Positions 1-13,800 are shown, numbered from the stretch's first letter. The stretch: 64,000 bases of DNA from Tubiluchus corallicola (GCA_030141605.1 JAQGDQ010000281.1:124001-188000), one strand, 5' to 3'. Program-made: numbers and translations. The notes: generated by a model from the sequence alone, not told the origin.

Positions 1-113
1 TCAGCAGACGCAGAAGACTGGGATTGATTTAGACGCTGTTGGTGCTATAGGCGATGTAAGCATCTATGATTTTGATATCAATACAGTAGAAGACAAGCCG
101 TGGAGAAAACCAG
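1..113 (+). CDS. FIP1L1: FIP1L1 exon (GIDLDAVG...EDKPWRKP)
   Basis: First half of the Fip1 motif; donor CAG|GTAAG at 113/114. The exon may start at 5 (after TCAG) or upstream of the window. Confidence 0.92.
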
Positions 114-3100
114 GTAAGACAGTTAATTTTTTATTACCTTTGTATATTTTGAGTTTTCCAAATTACCTGTAATATATTGATTTTTGGAAATTTTGTAACT
201 GAAGATTTTGTTACTTTAATGAGAATAATACACAAAGCGCATTAAATCAGTGTAACTACTTGAATTACTATACTAACTACTATAATTGTACCAGAGCATT
301 TTCAGAAACATGATTTTTACTAATAAAGAATTTTAACTAATTACTTGATTAATAATATTATTTCAGTATTTAATATTTTCTGCTGCAGGAGCTGATATTA
401 CAGATTATTTTAATTATGGTTTCAATGAAGAAACTTGGATAGCTTACTGTGAGAAACAGAGACAGCTTCGAGGACACAATCCACAGGTATCACGCTTGTG
501 ATTAATGACGCATTGATTCAGAATTTTGTATTTCCAGTTTGCGTAGTTGTCCAGATAAATTGCACTCAACCCTCGAAAAATACATTACCTTATTTTTGTT
601 CCTAATAATTTATGAAGCTTGAATGTAGTTGCACTAATGATTTATTTTGTTCATTAAGATTTAGTACTTTGTTTCTTTATATGAGAAATATCTTAAGAAG
701 TGTAAACTTTGATGTTTTAGGAATTGCAATATATTAAGCAATATATTAAACCTTTCCATTTCCAGCTTTCGCACTTACGTGTTTTGCTGTGCCAGTTTGT
801 CTTCCTGCTAAGTAAGGATGTACCTGTTCTTGAAGTGGCATTTCAGGCAAATGGCTTGTTGCACTATTATTATTAACTGTTTGAACTTTATGAAATTGAC
901 AATTATATATGGCCATATTAGCTAGCAAGTAAAACTGTGCACAATTACATACTAAAATTATGTGCAACTAACTCATAACTTCATGTATAATACTCGTATA
1001 TTATGCACAGGTAACATGTATTGTTATGAGTAACTACTGTGTAAAATATGTTTTGGTATTGTATAACTTTGTGTGCAACTAGTGAGTAAGATCATGCACT
1101 ACCAGGTCAATAAAATCATGTAGAATAGTAAGTGTAGCTAGATGTCACCAGTGACATAATGGTCACATAATGGGATTACCAATATGTAGACTATTAGCAG
1201 TTAGACGATGCAGTTTTTTGCTTAGTTAATCATTATTTATTTAAAATCAAGTTTCATTTTTTAGGCACGCGTACCAAAAAAGGAAACTCACGTGGATACT
1301 AACTTGAAGACTGTCAGTACAAACGGTATTTTTCTATATATTTTCTATTTTGGTTATGTATCTAGTCAATGATGCCTATCCAGGAATGGTAAACTTCAGG
1401 GCAGAGTATGCTAACAGTTTTGTGCTTTTAAGACTGTGCAAATATGTCATAGCGCCTCTGCTAATAGTATGACTTGCCATTTTTGTTCTATATGATATAA
1501 TACGTATATTATTGCTTATTTTACATCTACATGTTCATTAACTTTTCCCTTGTAATTATTAATTAATCATATTAACTTGTTTGGCAAAGTTCTCATTTTG
1601 GTTGGAAACAGATAAACGAAAAAATTCCGTTAATTCCCCGAAACTACAGCAAGAGTCAACAGTTACATCTGTGTAAGAAAAAGTCACAAAGTTTTAAGCA
1701 CCATTATGAACATTGTGAAAGTCACACCAGTCTGTAAATTACTTTGTTTAAGGAATAACTACACTTGTAATTCTTCAAATATGCTTTTGTAGTATGACAG
1801 GCTGACCTAGCTAGCCGTATTCATTGGCATTGTCATATTTCAACATCTTTTGGTAACTTGTCCTGAACTTTATAGTGAAATTGCTGTGAACTGGTTTTTC
1901 AGAAAACAGTAAGTATACTGGGGCATCACTAGCTGTGCCGAAACGTGCTGGTCCATTTCACCGCAATGCTCCCAGCGGTCAGATTGAGGTGCTTGGCACG
2001 AGACGACAAGATGAGTCAAGCTCAATTTCCGTCATCGGAGCTGAAAATGCGTATACGTAAGTTTCTGCGTGAATTGTAGTTGTAGTTGCACGAAAATGTA
2101 GCATTATTTTTTATTATTTTTTGCAAATTGTACATTGCATTTAAACTATTTTTATTACAAAATGTGCAAATAAATTGCTAAGTGGACTGTTATGATAATG
2201 TTGAGTTTTATATTAAGTTTTTATTTCGCAATGAAAGCTGTCAGGTTGACAAAAACTTTGTTTATCTGTTCTTATAGGACATTGCAGAGAACAGGATTTA
2301 TATAAGTCTGTCATCAGACCAATGTCCACTCAGTCTGTGTATAAGCTGCTGCATTTTAAAATTTATTTATATTAATATTTACCTAAGGAAAATAAGACCT
2401 TGATGACCAAGACTGTCCAAGCATTGAGTCTGTGTTATCTTTTATAAGCTGAATTTTTTGCCTATTGCTGCAGGTCACTTAGCATAGCTCACTTTAACTG
2501 AAAGCAGTACTTTGAAAATCAGCTATTTGTGTTCACAGGCCTCCGACAACTGGACCACCTCCTGACATGAGTGTGCCACCTCCAGGAATGCCTGTTAGTT
2601 ATCCTATGCCACCCCCAAATGACATGATGTTACCTGCCCCAACAATGGGGCCGCCTCCACTTGGTAAGTTTTAAGATACAAGTAACAAAATTGAAGTTAT
2701 GTATATTTTGTAAAACTAATACAGATATACTAACCAAATATAGATCAGTTTATTGCTGTTCACCCACCTTAAGTGAGTTTTGATAATTAACAAGCAAATG
2801 CCTAACTACATTTACACAACTATGTAAAATTGATTGGTTATGCCATAATGAAATTATAGTCAATCAATGCTGTAAAAATGTCAGGGAATATGACAGGCAT
2901 TTGCAGTTTTTGTTAACTTTTTACTTGAATATTCACACTTAATATGTTTTCACATGCGATTTTCTTGTTTTCAGAGTTGGCGTTATGTGTGCTGCTAATA
3001 ATCATTCTTATTCTCAATTTTGAGGCATTCTTGCATTTGCTGTATTTCGTTTTTATAAGAATTTTTGTTCTTTCACACTCTTAAGAATTTCCTGCAATGA

Positions 3101-6100
3101 GCCGGTTCTTGACATTTCATTGAACCAATTTTTTTATGAAAGTACAAAGCATATTTTGCATCCTAAACATTTGTCATGTACAAGTGTTTTTAAATAGCAG
3201 AGCAAGAAGTGATTTGCCACCAGTTTATTGTAGTTTATTTCAGTTTCATTTTCTTTTTAGGGTATCCACCACCACCCCCAGGATCCATGCCACCAGGATA
3301 TGATCCATATCTCAGGTACCCTGCTCCGCCAGCTGCTCCGCCAACTACGTAAGTTCAAGCAAGGCTAAATAAAATAAATTTTGTTTTCCCAGTAGCAATG
3401 ACACTGGCAAATAGTTTCAGATATAGCTAAGCTGAAGCTTGCATGTGCTCACAGAACTGAAGCTTTTTCTGTGGACTCCAGCATTCACAATTTCATGAAC
3501 AGCTATGTACATAAAATATTTGTCCGTTCCAAATTCCATTAATAGCTCATTTATATGAAATTCGATATCCTTGGTTACTGCTATAACAATAACATCCGTT
3601 TTAGCAATTTTGATCGTGATGCATTTTAGCCTGGGTTGCCGGAGTCAGAAATATGATTAGAAGGTGATTATTTGTCTATTCGTGGTTGCATGGAAGCAGA
3701 CGATCATTTTCGCCATGTTGCAAAGTTTCTGTTTACCATGGAAGCCACCTTTATATCCTACGTGAAGTGGCATTATAAGTGTTTTTAAGCATCAGATAAG
3801 GATTCCAGGACCTTGAAAACCTGAGTTTATATACCAGTCGTCATGCTTCACTGATCTGTTCGAACAGTTAGATAAAATACGGCCTGTATAACATATTGGA
3901 CATCTTGAAGATGCTACCCTAAATCCTTGAACTTTAAAACCTATATCTAGATATTAAAATCATCACACTATCTTCAAAAGAGCATACAATACAACTGATG
4001 TATTGCACAAATGGCTGCAGCCTTGGCAACCATATTGAAGTCCTAGATGAGGTGATAGAAGTTTTTAAACATCAGATGTGTGTTCCTTGGTCTTGAAAAC
4101 CTATGTTTAGATACCAAAATCACCATCTTATCTGCTGTAACAGCTAAGATATAGTTTTTATAAGGTAGCGACTGCCATCTTGAAGATAGTGTCCATAATG
4201 GTTGTTTTCGATAAGCTCATTTCCAAAATTAATAACCTTGATTGGTTTTAGCATTGTGTGGTTTCATAACTTTTGGGCAAAATGATAAATTCTTTCATCA
4301 TTCTGTCATGCGGATGTTTATAGGTGCTACATAGATTTTTATGTTTAAGTAGCTAAATAATGAGATAAAAATTTCTAACAGATATTTTGTAATGCTTAGG
4401 TGATACAACAGCTAATGGTATATGTTGACATAAATTTCCGCCAATGCACACAGAGCCACTTTCTGTTCTATAAAGCGCTGGATTAAGATGAAAATGTTTT
4501 ATTAACAATAAAACAGCCATATTACCGGAAACACTGCTTCATTTTAGTTTGCCTAATTTACTAATTTGTGTTGCTGCTGTGTAATACATTTTACAAATGT
4601 ACGTAATTTTGAGTAATACTTCTGTGCAGACTTTTATTTGAAAAATCTTGCCACTTATCTGTGTTAACTATAAAACTACTTTCATTGTTGCAGTGCATAT
4701 TATGGAAATTATCCCCCAGCACCATATCCACCAGGTTCAAACTCAGCAACCCCTTTGCCTCCAGGATGGGATGAACCTCAACCGTAAGTAGCTTTTCTAG
4801 ATTTGTACAAGGGAACTTTTCAGATAGTGGCAAGCTAGTCTTGCATTGAATTTATAAATTTGTTGTTTATTATAACATTAAGGCACAGCGTATAGACAAA
4901 AAGAAAATTATACCAAATGATACCTAATGCTGAAACTAGAAAAGCTGTTGGACATTTTGATTAGGAAGTGATGAAAACTATATTTTGGAACAAAATCCTT
5001 TCTGTCAAGATTATGGAATCAATAGACCAAGCCCCTGATTCGAATGCCTAGAATTGTTGGAGGTCTATGACTCCTCAGCCTAGAGCAACTACACTGACTC
5101 GTCTAGTAACAAATTTGCTTCTGGCTCCAACTCCAACTCCACAGCCTTGGTTTTTGTAGTACAGTTTTATTGACAAAGAATTATCTGCTCACAGATCACT
5201 ACTTTGGATGAAATAAGTAAAAGTGCTGCTAACGATATAATGTTATAATATAAATTTTTTGAAAAATATGGATATTATATATGATGAACTTTCATATTTA
5301 GAAATTCCCATATTTTAAGAGAGGCCTTGTAATAAATTTTATCTTGACAGAAAATTATAAAAGCATTTATAAGCCCATTTTGTGATAGTGCTTTTTGTTT
5401 TTGCAGGGATTCTTGGGAAGAGCACGAAAATCGTGCCTTTGAGAGTCAGCGAAGTGATCGTGACACAACGCCATCCTATGACCGCTACGCTCGAGATGAT
5501 CATGAGCGTACGCGGGATCGAGAGAGACGACATCGGGACAGAGATCGGGAGCGGTCTAGAGATCGCGATAGATCTAGTACGCGAGACCGTGACAGGGATC
5601 GCGATCGGGACCGAGATCGGGAACGCGACGATAGGCATAAACGAAAGTAAGTTTTGTATTTTGATTACTATTTTGGCTTTTTCTCTCCTCAGTTCATATT
5701 TACTTCCTGTGATGTAGTCAAGTCCTCGCCAGTTAAGTTGAAGTCGTTCTTACCTTAATCTGAGCCCGAATTGTTCTTAGTTTTATTAATTTTAAAATAA
5801 AACATAGCTCAAAGTGAAACATAGTGCACAATAGGCTTACCTTTATTTTGATTAGGGTAATACAGTGTAACTGAATTTGAATTTTACAGAATTCGTTATA
5901 ACAGAGGTTTAGCAATAGTCTAAATACAGTTTATTGAGCGTGGTTTTAAGACAGTTTGCTAGCTATGCACAATACAAATACAGAACTTGACAGCTACTTG
6001 AATAAAGCTGTGTTGCAATTTAACGTTAAGCGGGCAAAAATAAACGAGTTTTAAAAAAAAGAATCTGTTTTGCTTTGCCAAAATAAATAATTCTGTGACC

Positions 6101-7602
6101 TTTCAAAGTTTAATTTATAATAAAAGCACTGTTTTAAATAAATACAGTGATTTTGCATTAATGAAACATTAGACTAATCAGACTATAGACTTAGTTGTTA
6201 GATGACGTATGTAGATTAATATAGGTCCGTGGCTGCCTGTAACATTCAAAATCATAACTTATACTGCTCCTGCACAGCTACTTAAATAAAAACTTCCAAC
6301 CCATGTTTTCACCCGTGCAAACATCCAGGGTCTTGTTGGAAGACATTTAATTGATTATGTACACCCACACACAAGGGCTTATTAACTAATAGGCTAACTA
6401 GGCTTAGCTTAGGGCACGAAAGTTTGAGTGCGTCACAGTTTAGAAAACATTCTCCTCGGAAAATGTGTATAGTTTTATATTCATGTAAAGGGCAGTTCAC
6501 CAGAGGCATTTACTGAGCACAGCTTTTATATGAGTGTCACCTAACGAACAGGTGTAACACAACAAGCAGTTGCGCAGGCTGCATGCTATGCAAATGCATG
6601 TAATTAATAATGACCACGTAGAAATTACATTAATAGTGTTTCTAATACACCACAAGTAATCTGCTCATTACATAAGCAACCATAAGTTCACAGTTGAGAT
6701 GGGCAGGACAGAACTATCAGCCTAGGGTGCTGTAAAGTCTTGATACGCCTCTGCTCACACATAACACTTGGCTATCAGCAGACGCACGCAATGAATTACA
6801 GTGATAACTTAGAAAAGCAACTTGTGTGGCGGTTTTGTGCAGGAATTTCTGCCTTGTACATACAATCAAACAAATGATCTCTGCTATAACAAGACTCGGT
6901 TATAGCGAGCAAATTTTCACGGTTTACCGAAACTCATTATAAGCAGATTATACTGTACCGCATGTCACAGTAACATATATATGCCATAAAATTCAATATG
7001 TCCAATATTTGTGTCAGTTTGTGACACAATTGAAAGTGATGCCTGTTTTCATCAAGTTGGGCTTTTCTCATCAGTGGAGCACATTTGCCAATTCACCTCA
7101 GTACTGATGTTCTATTTCTGCTAATGAAGTGCAGAATTTTACACTAAAGACAGCTTCATCTCAAAGGTGTACTGTAAATCATTAAGTTCATTAATAACTG
7201 CATTTCATTAATTTATAGTCGAGACTGAAGATGGTTAATTAATTAAGCACTTAAATTAATTTTCTGTTGTGTCCCACTTTGTAGTGTGACTAGTGATTTT
7301 GTACTTTTGTGTTTCTCCTGTGTGGTTTGTATTTGCTGTGCTTGTATAAAAATGATATTAGTAATTACATGTGATTTTTTGCCTTTTTTCACTTACAGTG
7401 TCAGTTTGAAAAATGTTTTCCTCCTTTTTTCCTTGTGCTTTAAATTATTCTTGTGTTCTTGTCATTAGCAAGTAATTTGTGTTCGTTATGCTGTTTTTTT
7501 GTTTTCTGTAGGAAAAAACGTGAAGACGATGACGATGACAGCAGTCGCAGACATCATAAAAAGAAGAAGTCAAAGAAAGAAAAACCAGAAGACGATGACT
7601 GA
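1..7602 (+). CDS. FIP1L1: Pre-mRNA 3'-end processing factor FIP1 (5'-partial; 9 exons in window)
   Basis: Exons <1-113, 389-486, 1265-1325, 1903-2056, 2539-2663, 3261-3348, 4694-4783, 5407-5646, 7512-7602 join in frame via GT-AG introns. Fip1 motif '[36 protein letters not shown]', Pro-rich middle, RD/RE-rich region, K-rich tail, TGA at 7600-7602. Confidence 0.95.
389..486 (+). CDS. FIP1L1: FIP1L1 exon ([33 protein letters not shown])
   Basis: Core of the Fip1 motif; acceptor tttctgctgcag, donor CAG|GTATC. Confidence 0.95.
1265..1325 (+). CDS. FIP1L1: FIP1L1 exon ([20 protein letters not shown])
   Basis: Acceptor catttttttag; phase 0->1 fits the flanking exons. Confidence 0.75.
1903..2056 (+). 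CDS. FIP1L1: FIP1L1 exon (ENSKYTG...[11 protein letters not shown]...AENAY)
   Basis: Acceptor tttttcag, donor AC|GTAAGT; open frame, phase 1->2. Confidence 0.88.
2539..2663 (+). CDS. FIP1L1: FIP1L1 Pro-rich exon
   Basis: [18 protein letters not shown]...; canonical splice sites, phase 2->1. Confidence 0.9.
3261..3348 (+). CDS. FIP1L1: FIP1L1 Pro-rich exon
   Basis: [21 protein letters not shown]...; canonical splice sites, phase 1->2. Confidence 0.9.
3600..4310. mobile_element. Helentron/HINE-like relic with internal tandem units
   Basis: Repeated 'gtttttaa.catcagat...cttgaaaacct...atacca' blocks at ~3781 and ~4061, plus recurring 'catcttgaagat'. The family assignment is an inference. Confidence 0.4.
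4694..4783 (+). CDS. FIP1L1: FIP1L1 exon ([29 protein letters not shown])
   Basis: Acceptor ttgttgcag, donor CC|GTAAGT, phase 2->2. Confidence 0.85.
5006..5149. mobile_element. Degenerate short MITE (GGAGTC/GACTCC subterminal repeats)
   Basis: caagattatggaatc ... ctccaactccaactccacagccttg termini. Confidence 0.35.
5407..5646 (+). CDS. FIP1L1: FIP1L1 RD/RE-rich exon
   Basis: [19 protein letters not shown]... mixed-charge domain typical of metazoan Fip1; canonical splice sites. Confidence 0.93.
6372..6753. mobile_element. Old hAT-type MITE, copy 1 (FIP1L1 last intron)
   Basis: Degenerate CAGGGGCGTA-type TIRs; near-TSD cccacaca / ctcacaca; homologous to 17482-17917. Confidence 0.65.
7512..7602 (+). 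CDS. FIP1L1: FIP1L1 terminal exon ([29 protein letters not shown])
   Basis: Acceptor ttttctgtag; K-rich tail; stop TGA. Confidence 0.88.
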
Positions 7603-7861
7603 GTTTTGTTTTAACTCTTTGTGTTGTAAATAATTTTAATATTGTAATGTAATTTTACCATATGGTTGTTAAGTTGTGTTTTTATTCCTACACAGAATTG
7701 TTAGTAGAATGTTGCACACATGTTATGCTTTCTGTAGGGAAAGTCCGGTTGTTATATACAATGTAACATCATTATAGCAAACGTGCTGGGGACCCAGAAA
7801 TAAGTAATTAAGCATAGGTGGCTAATAATATGGATTACTAGATGGACAAGCAGATATTAAT

Positions 7862-8573
7862 AATAAAAGTGTATAAATAATGTACAACGTGTGGCTTCAT
7901 AGATGATGTTAAGTACTTTAGAAGATCCTATCAAGTATCAACTACTTTTAGTATTATTCAAATTCAATGAAATATATTTATGTGACTTCAGTAAACTGAG
8001 AAGTAATGAACATTTCATGTTAAATTGTTAGCACATGTAATCTGTGGTACACGTTCAGTTGTAAATTTACGTGACATGTTCAGTAAAGCAGTGAAGTTCA
8101 AAAGTCGGCCAGGTTCGTTTGCACAAAATTTTCGTTTGTCCCTTGCACAGTTTAAAAAGTTGCAGCAGAGTAACTGCAGTGGGGTTGACAACTTGAAACA
8201 TTTCAGCAGTGCATTGCCAGCACCCATAGGTAAAGTGCCTGAGTTCCAAACTGCTGAGTGACTCATTATTTTTATACAGTTAGTAGACAAAATGACCTTT
8301 CTACACGATATGTCAGATATGTTAACAACTCTGCATGCTGTTTGCCGCATCGACTTTTTTACAACACTAGTGACTGTAAATTAATTTAGAACAGCTGACA
8401 AAGGCAAAATATGCAATTTAAACTTATAAATATATAGCAATAGATGCAATGGGGCTCCAACAAAAAGTCTGCAGTACACAATGACCGAGTATGCTGTATT
8501 CAATGCTATTATAAATAAATGATGAGTTTGTTTTTTTGTTGTGAATTCTCATTACTGGTGTGTACACAATAAA
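7862..8573 (+). terminator. Candidate FIP1L1 polyadenylation signals
   Basis: AATAAA at 7862-7867, at 8514-8519 (followed by a GT-rich tract at 8524-8543) and at 8568-8573 (preceded by TGTA). Confidence 0.5.
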
Positions 8574-10577
8574 CCATGTTTGCTACAATGGTGTTATACT
8601 GTATTTGCATTTCGAAAAGATTTGTTGTATATTTTGACAATGAATTTTTTGTGTGACATATTAGCTGAAATGCTTCAGTCATGCTAGGTAGCCTTTAATT
8701 TGCATGGATGTTTATTGGCAGAGGGTGTCTTTGCAGTCAGTACATAACTAGTCAATTCCCTTTATAAATCCATTTAAGAATGCAACTATGAAACTACACT
8801 ATACCTGTAATACCCAGCGTGAAAATTTATGCGACTTTATAAACATTCATAAGTGGGTCAAGTGGTTTAGGGTAGCAGTTTTCAGCTGCTGTTGTGGAGC
8901 ATGCTAGGTTTGCACCATGTATTTTGGTCTGTGCTTAGCTAATTTTACAAGATGGAAAAAGTTCTTAACCTCTTTTAAGAGGTGGTGCTCTCGACTTGGT
9001 TCAAAGCATTAGAGTTTAGTTAAAGCAAAAAACCTTGCGAGTTGGACCAGCTAAAACCATTTGTAAATAATATCACTAGTTTGTCTTCTCATTATCTTTT
9101 TGTTTGATTTCATGGTGCATACACGTAACACTTGCATTTTTTGTGATACTGTAGATTGTTTTTGTTGTAAAATACAAAAATTTCACGTGCACTTTGAACT
9201 GTTTTGTAAATGTTTGTGTCATGATTAGTTTTATTAAATGTTTTTTTTGTTGAATACAAACAGCAAAGTAAACTCGAGATGCCACTTTTACAATTGTAAT
9301 TTTGTACATCAGGCAGATGCAGCAGCAATCATTGCAGAAATATGCAGTATGGTTTGACCCCAGGCTGCATTATCCATTAGACTATGCTGCTAAAAAAGCC
9401 AGAAAATCTGGTAATGACAACAAAAATAGTGCACAACTGCTATGGAATTTTATAACAAAGAGAATCGTTGTGATGCACATGATGAATACAGCAAAAGTTC
9501 TAGTTTCTAAGAACTAATAACGTTCATAGACCTAACAATAAAATTAAAGGAAAACTGGATAATTGTGTAAACATTAGTTCAGAATAAGGAATGCTCTAAA
9601 ATATTGAAAACAACAATAGCTTTTTTTAAATCAAAGCTTAGATTAAATAATAATTACCTCGGATACTCAAATTTTGTTAAACTTTCAAAGCTATGTGCAG
9701 CTTGGTGAATCTACTAAGATTGGCCGAGGCGCCTTTTTGTCACATTCACAAAGCCAACAAATAGAAGGCTGTACCGTGATAATCATGATCATGAACTGCA
9801 GTGTTAGTTTCTGACGTAAAACCCGTTTTCCTGACATCACGCTTTTAAATAGTAACACTTACGCAAACGTGCTTGACGCGCAAGGGAAGATGCCTACCAT
9901 TGCACAAACTGTGATTAGTTTCTGACATAAGCAATAGCTGTGATCAGTTAACGTTTATTAACTTTCTAAGCTAATTATTCAAACATAAGAAACAATTGCT
10001 AACAACATGCCTAAACAATTGTTTATAGGCAAGAAAATGTATATTTTGGACAGTAAATTAAAATGAGATCGAGTCTAAACAATCGTCCGGTCTTCTTTTA
10101 ACTAAATAATAAAAGTTTATCTCTTAAGTGTAAACAACAGTAAAAAAACAAATTATAAAACCAAATCAAGTATTGTGACTCATACCAAGCTTGGTGCAAA
10201 AATTACACTGAGCTGGCAGGTCCAGTAGTCTAATGTATTGATTCCAGATTGAGAGGCTGTGTGAATGACAAGGTGGGTTTGAACTTGTGCTTAATGCGGT
10301 AGTACGTGTCAACATATCATCCATTAATGACACCTATGGTCCTAATCACATTTGTTTTAGTTCATACTTTGAAACTGGATGCTTGGGTAATAGCAAATTC
10401 TTTCAAAAAGGAAGACATAAGCATATGGGTAACTCCACAAACAATTATTCATTGCACATACCAAAACCATAACTGTGTGGTATTTGAAATAATATAACTG
10501 TACACACTATTGAAAAATTACTTTCTGTACATTGGTACGTAAAAGTTTACGTGCACACCACCAGAAGGTAATTTATG

Positions 10578-10867
10578 TCACCGATTCATCAGGTCTGACG
10601 CTCTACTAACATGCTCTCTGACTGCTTGATCCAATACCAAGTATACGTCTTTACAACCCTTGGTTGCCGAATCCAAAATTTTACTCAAATGATCCATGTG
10701 CACTCTGGAATTCATTTCTAATAAAACAATTTGGTCTGATTTTGGCAACATGGCCACAGTGAATTCTGGCATACTGCTGGATTCTTCTACACTATTGATA
10801 TCCATTAACGGTGTTTCTGCAGTAAATCCTACGGTACATGCACACACAAAATCCTTCACTGGAATAC
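10578..10867 (-). CDS. EXOSC4: EXOSC4 exon 4
   Basis: GIPVKDFVCAC...ASDLMNR*; matches ORF-track entry 10578..10859. Confidence 0.95.
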
Positions 10868-13800
10868 CTGTAAAATTACACAGTCACCTTAGTAATAATA
10901 ATAATAATAATAGTTAAAACAATGACTGTGAATAATTGCACTGTCTAATTGCACTATAAAACAATGTACACAGTAAAAATGGAACTGATATACTAATTAA
11001 AAAATTACATAGTGTGTGACTTTTTGTAATACTCTGACATGCCCACTGTCATTGAGCACATGCTGTGTGTCTCACATGGGTTAATGATAAAATAGCTTAC
11101 TGATTAAATTACTAACCAAATACAATAGTTTTGTAAAAGCAGGTCATTTTGTCAGGGTTTTTAAACTAGCATGTTGTCAAGCTTGTAAGTTTATTCAACT
11201 TAGTCACCATTTAGCTTAGTATGAAAGCCTTAACAGTAAATTCTTTGTAATTTAATTTAGTACAAGCCTACAAGGACTCAGTACAATTATTTTGGAAGTG
11301 TATTTTAAGTTAGTATAGCATTTAATTTAGCACATTTAGCGAACTTCACTGCACTGAATTTCTGGCAAAAATTACAGATTTTATTATATTGCTGACTTAT
11401 AAAGAAAAAACAGTTTATTTTAACCACAGATGACCTTCATTCTTGTAGTTCTTCAGGTTTAATTACTATACTATATCGCTGCTCATATAATTTTGCAACT
11501 CTGGGCTTTGGCCGCTCCATATCTCTATAGGCTGTGAGAGCCAGATTTGATCCCAGCCGTACAAAATGTGATTTCACTTAATGTGGATTCAATTGAGCTT
11601 TGTATGAAATGATAATGTGAGCAAAATTTTAACAAAATGACAGTCTGTAACAAATTATCCTAAACAAAACTTGATTTATGATGTATAAACTAACTTTAGA
11701 TTTTAGTTGTAAATGTACACCCGAAGGCACTTCATGATCTCACCTGCATCAATAAGAGCTAAAGTTGATGCATTAACAGAAGCTGCAAAGTTTCCTCCAT
11801 CAGACTGCAACACCTGTTTAAAAGTATTCTGATTAGTCTAGGTTACAAAAAAGTAAGAAAATGTTAATCCTTGGCTCAGTTTTTGATACTCAGACCTTTA
11901 CTTCTATCCAGCTGTAAGGGCGTGTAGCTTAGGGATGATCCACTTTTCTCGACTAGATTGAAATCTTACATGTTTTTTATAGTTCATTACCAAATTATGT
12001 TATCTCCGGAGTTTTATTAAAATTGCTGTTTCTCACACTTACCAGACAAAAATTCTCTGTTACTGCAGTATATTTCTGCTTAAGAATAACCTTTATCAAA
12101 TTTGTCAATGATAAAAATAGTTCGTCGCTCTTTTTGACAAAAATGTTTCAGCAAGCATAAGTCGTTCAGAATAACAGAGAAGAAAATTATTTTTACATTA
12201 AGTTTATGGGGAAAGAGAATAGGTTAGTCGCTAAAATTAAGCAATGGCGAACGTGATCATTAGATGTATGGGTGACTGACAGTAAAATTGCTGGGTGCAT
12301 TCATTCAAATGCCTCCCAGGCTATTTTTATCATGGAGAAAGATGAATATGCAATTATGCATCAGAATGTGCCTAAGATACCTCAGCTGGTTTACTGCCCC
12401 ATGATCCTATCTTAGTAATGTCTTTCAAAGCAACTATGTCTGCATCCACACCAGCAGTTCCAGATGCAGTAGCCTGGTCAACAAGACTGAGTGGGATGCC
12501 TAATCATTATCCAGCTTTTGCTCTGCTAATTTCACATGTTTGGCAGCAAAACGGCTGCCATCTTTTTTAAAGAAATGCTTCTTTGTAGTGACAATGCAAT
12601 TTAGCAATATAAGTTTATCAAACCTCTGTGTAGACGTAGCATGCTGCCTTAATAAGTCTGATAACTGGCGCTCCTTTTACTCAGCCAATAGCTGGGGTAA
12701 AATTGGATGGATGAATGGATGGTTGAATGAATGAATGAATGAATGACTGGCCAAATGATAAGTTTCATACTTGCAGTACAGAAGGACTCTTACTAGAATT
12801 TCAAAATTTTTTTGCACCTGTATTTCCTACCTGTTGTTTCGAACCCAAACCTGGGAAGAAAGCACGAAACAATTACCAAATTACCTAATTTTATATGGTA
12901 TTCTGTGTGCAGTGTACACTACAATGTTCAGTCATTGTACACCAACTGAGTGTGTAAATTACAAAGTTAAATTTATTAGAACTAGGTTAGAATTGAAAGA
13001 CTCATACCTCTATAAAGATGTCAATTTGTGATCGAGGATAGAGACTAGTAAGTATTGCAACATCATAGATTTGTTGTAAATGCATAGTCATCTCTATGCT
13101 TTTCCTGTCACCACGAGGACGCTGCTTACGCTCAACAGTACTAAATGTTGCCATACTAAACTGACAGTTGATTACAGCTCTGTCATGTAGAAGTTTGTTA
13201 CGAGCACCGCGAATCTAAATGAGAAAGCTAATAATAAACATAACAAGCAATTAACACATTTAATCTAATAGTTTAAATCTCTTAATCTAATAGTTATCTA
13301 ATATAATCTGTCATAGTTTCAGTTTGTCTGGTACCAGTGTTTAAAAAGAAAAATGCTTGTTGTCATGAAAGTAAGATTTTAAAATGGAAATGCAAATGCA
13401 GTTTAAAATATTTTAACAGATTAAATGGTTATCCGTGAATCACCTTTACACAAAAGTTTGCAAATCACCTGACTTGAATGGTTTTCTTTGCCATCAGTAT
13501 CAAACATAACATAGTTAGGATTAGCGTTCACGAGTCTCACAATGTATATTACATTAAAGGGTATTACAATTATTGAAAATTTAGCACATTTGGGTGCCAT
13601 TGATCTTTTTTCATGTGTGCAAGAGAAACTATGATTACACATAAAGCATGGATGAATTCAAATAACATTATAAGAAAGTTCATAGGTACCTTAAAATTAC
13701 CTTAATCGTGAATATATGTTCGTATCCGTATCACCGAACGGCGCCTTGTAACTGTAAACTATCTCTTTCCCAGCCCAGTGTTTATCATCCAACCTTCTCT

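Noticed and set aside
4755-4783. WW-domain-like LPPGW in FIP1L1
   Set aside because: The downstream aromatic pair and W-x-x-P signature are absent.
4968-5038. Possible C/D-box snoRNA (GTGATGA...CTGA) in a FIP1L1 intron
   Set aside because: Only a 3-bp terminal stem, no rRNA-complementary guide recognised, and it overlaps a MITE relic.
5339-5717. ORF-track entries 5339..5638 (-) and 5382..5717 (+)
   Set aside because: Shadow frames of the FIP1L1 RD-rich exon.
8015-8350. Three overlapping short ORFs downstream of FIP1L1
   Set aside because: No recognisable homology or exon structure; probably 3'UTR.
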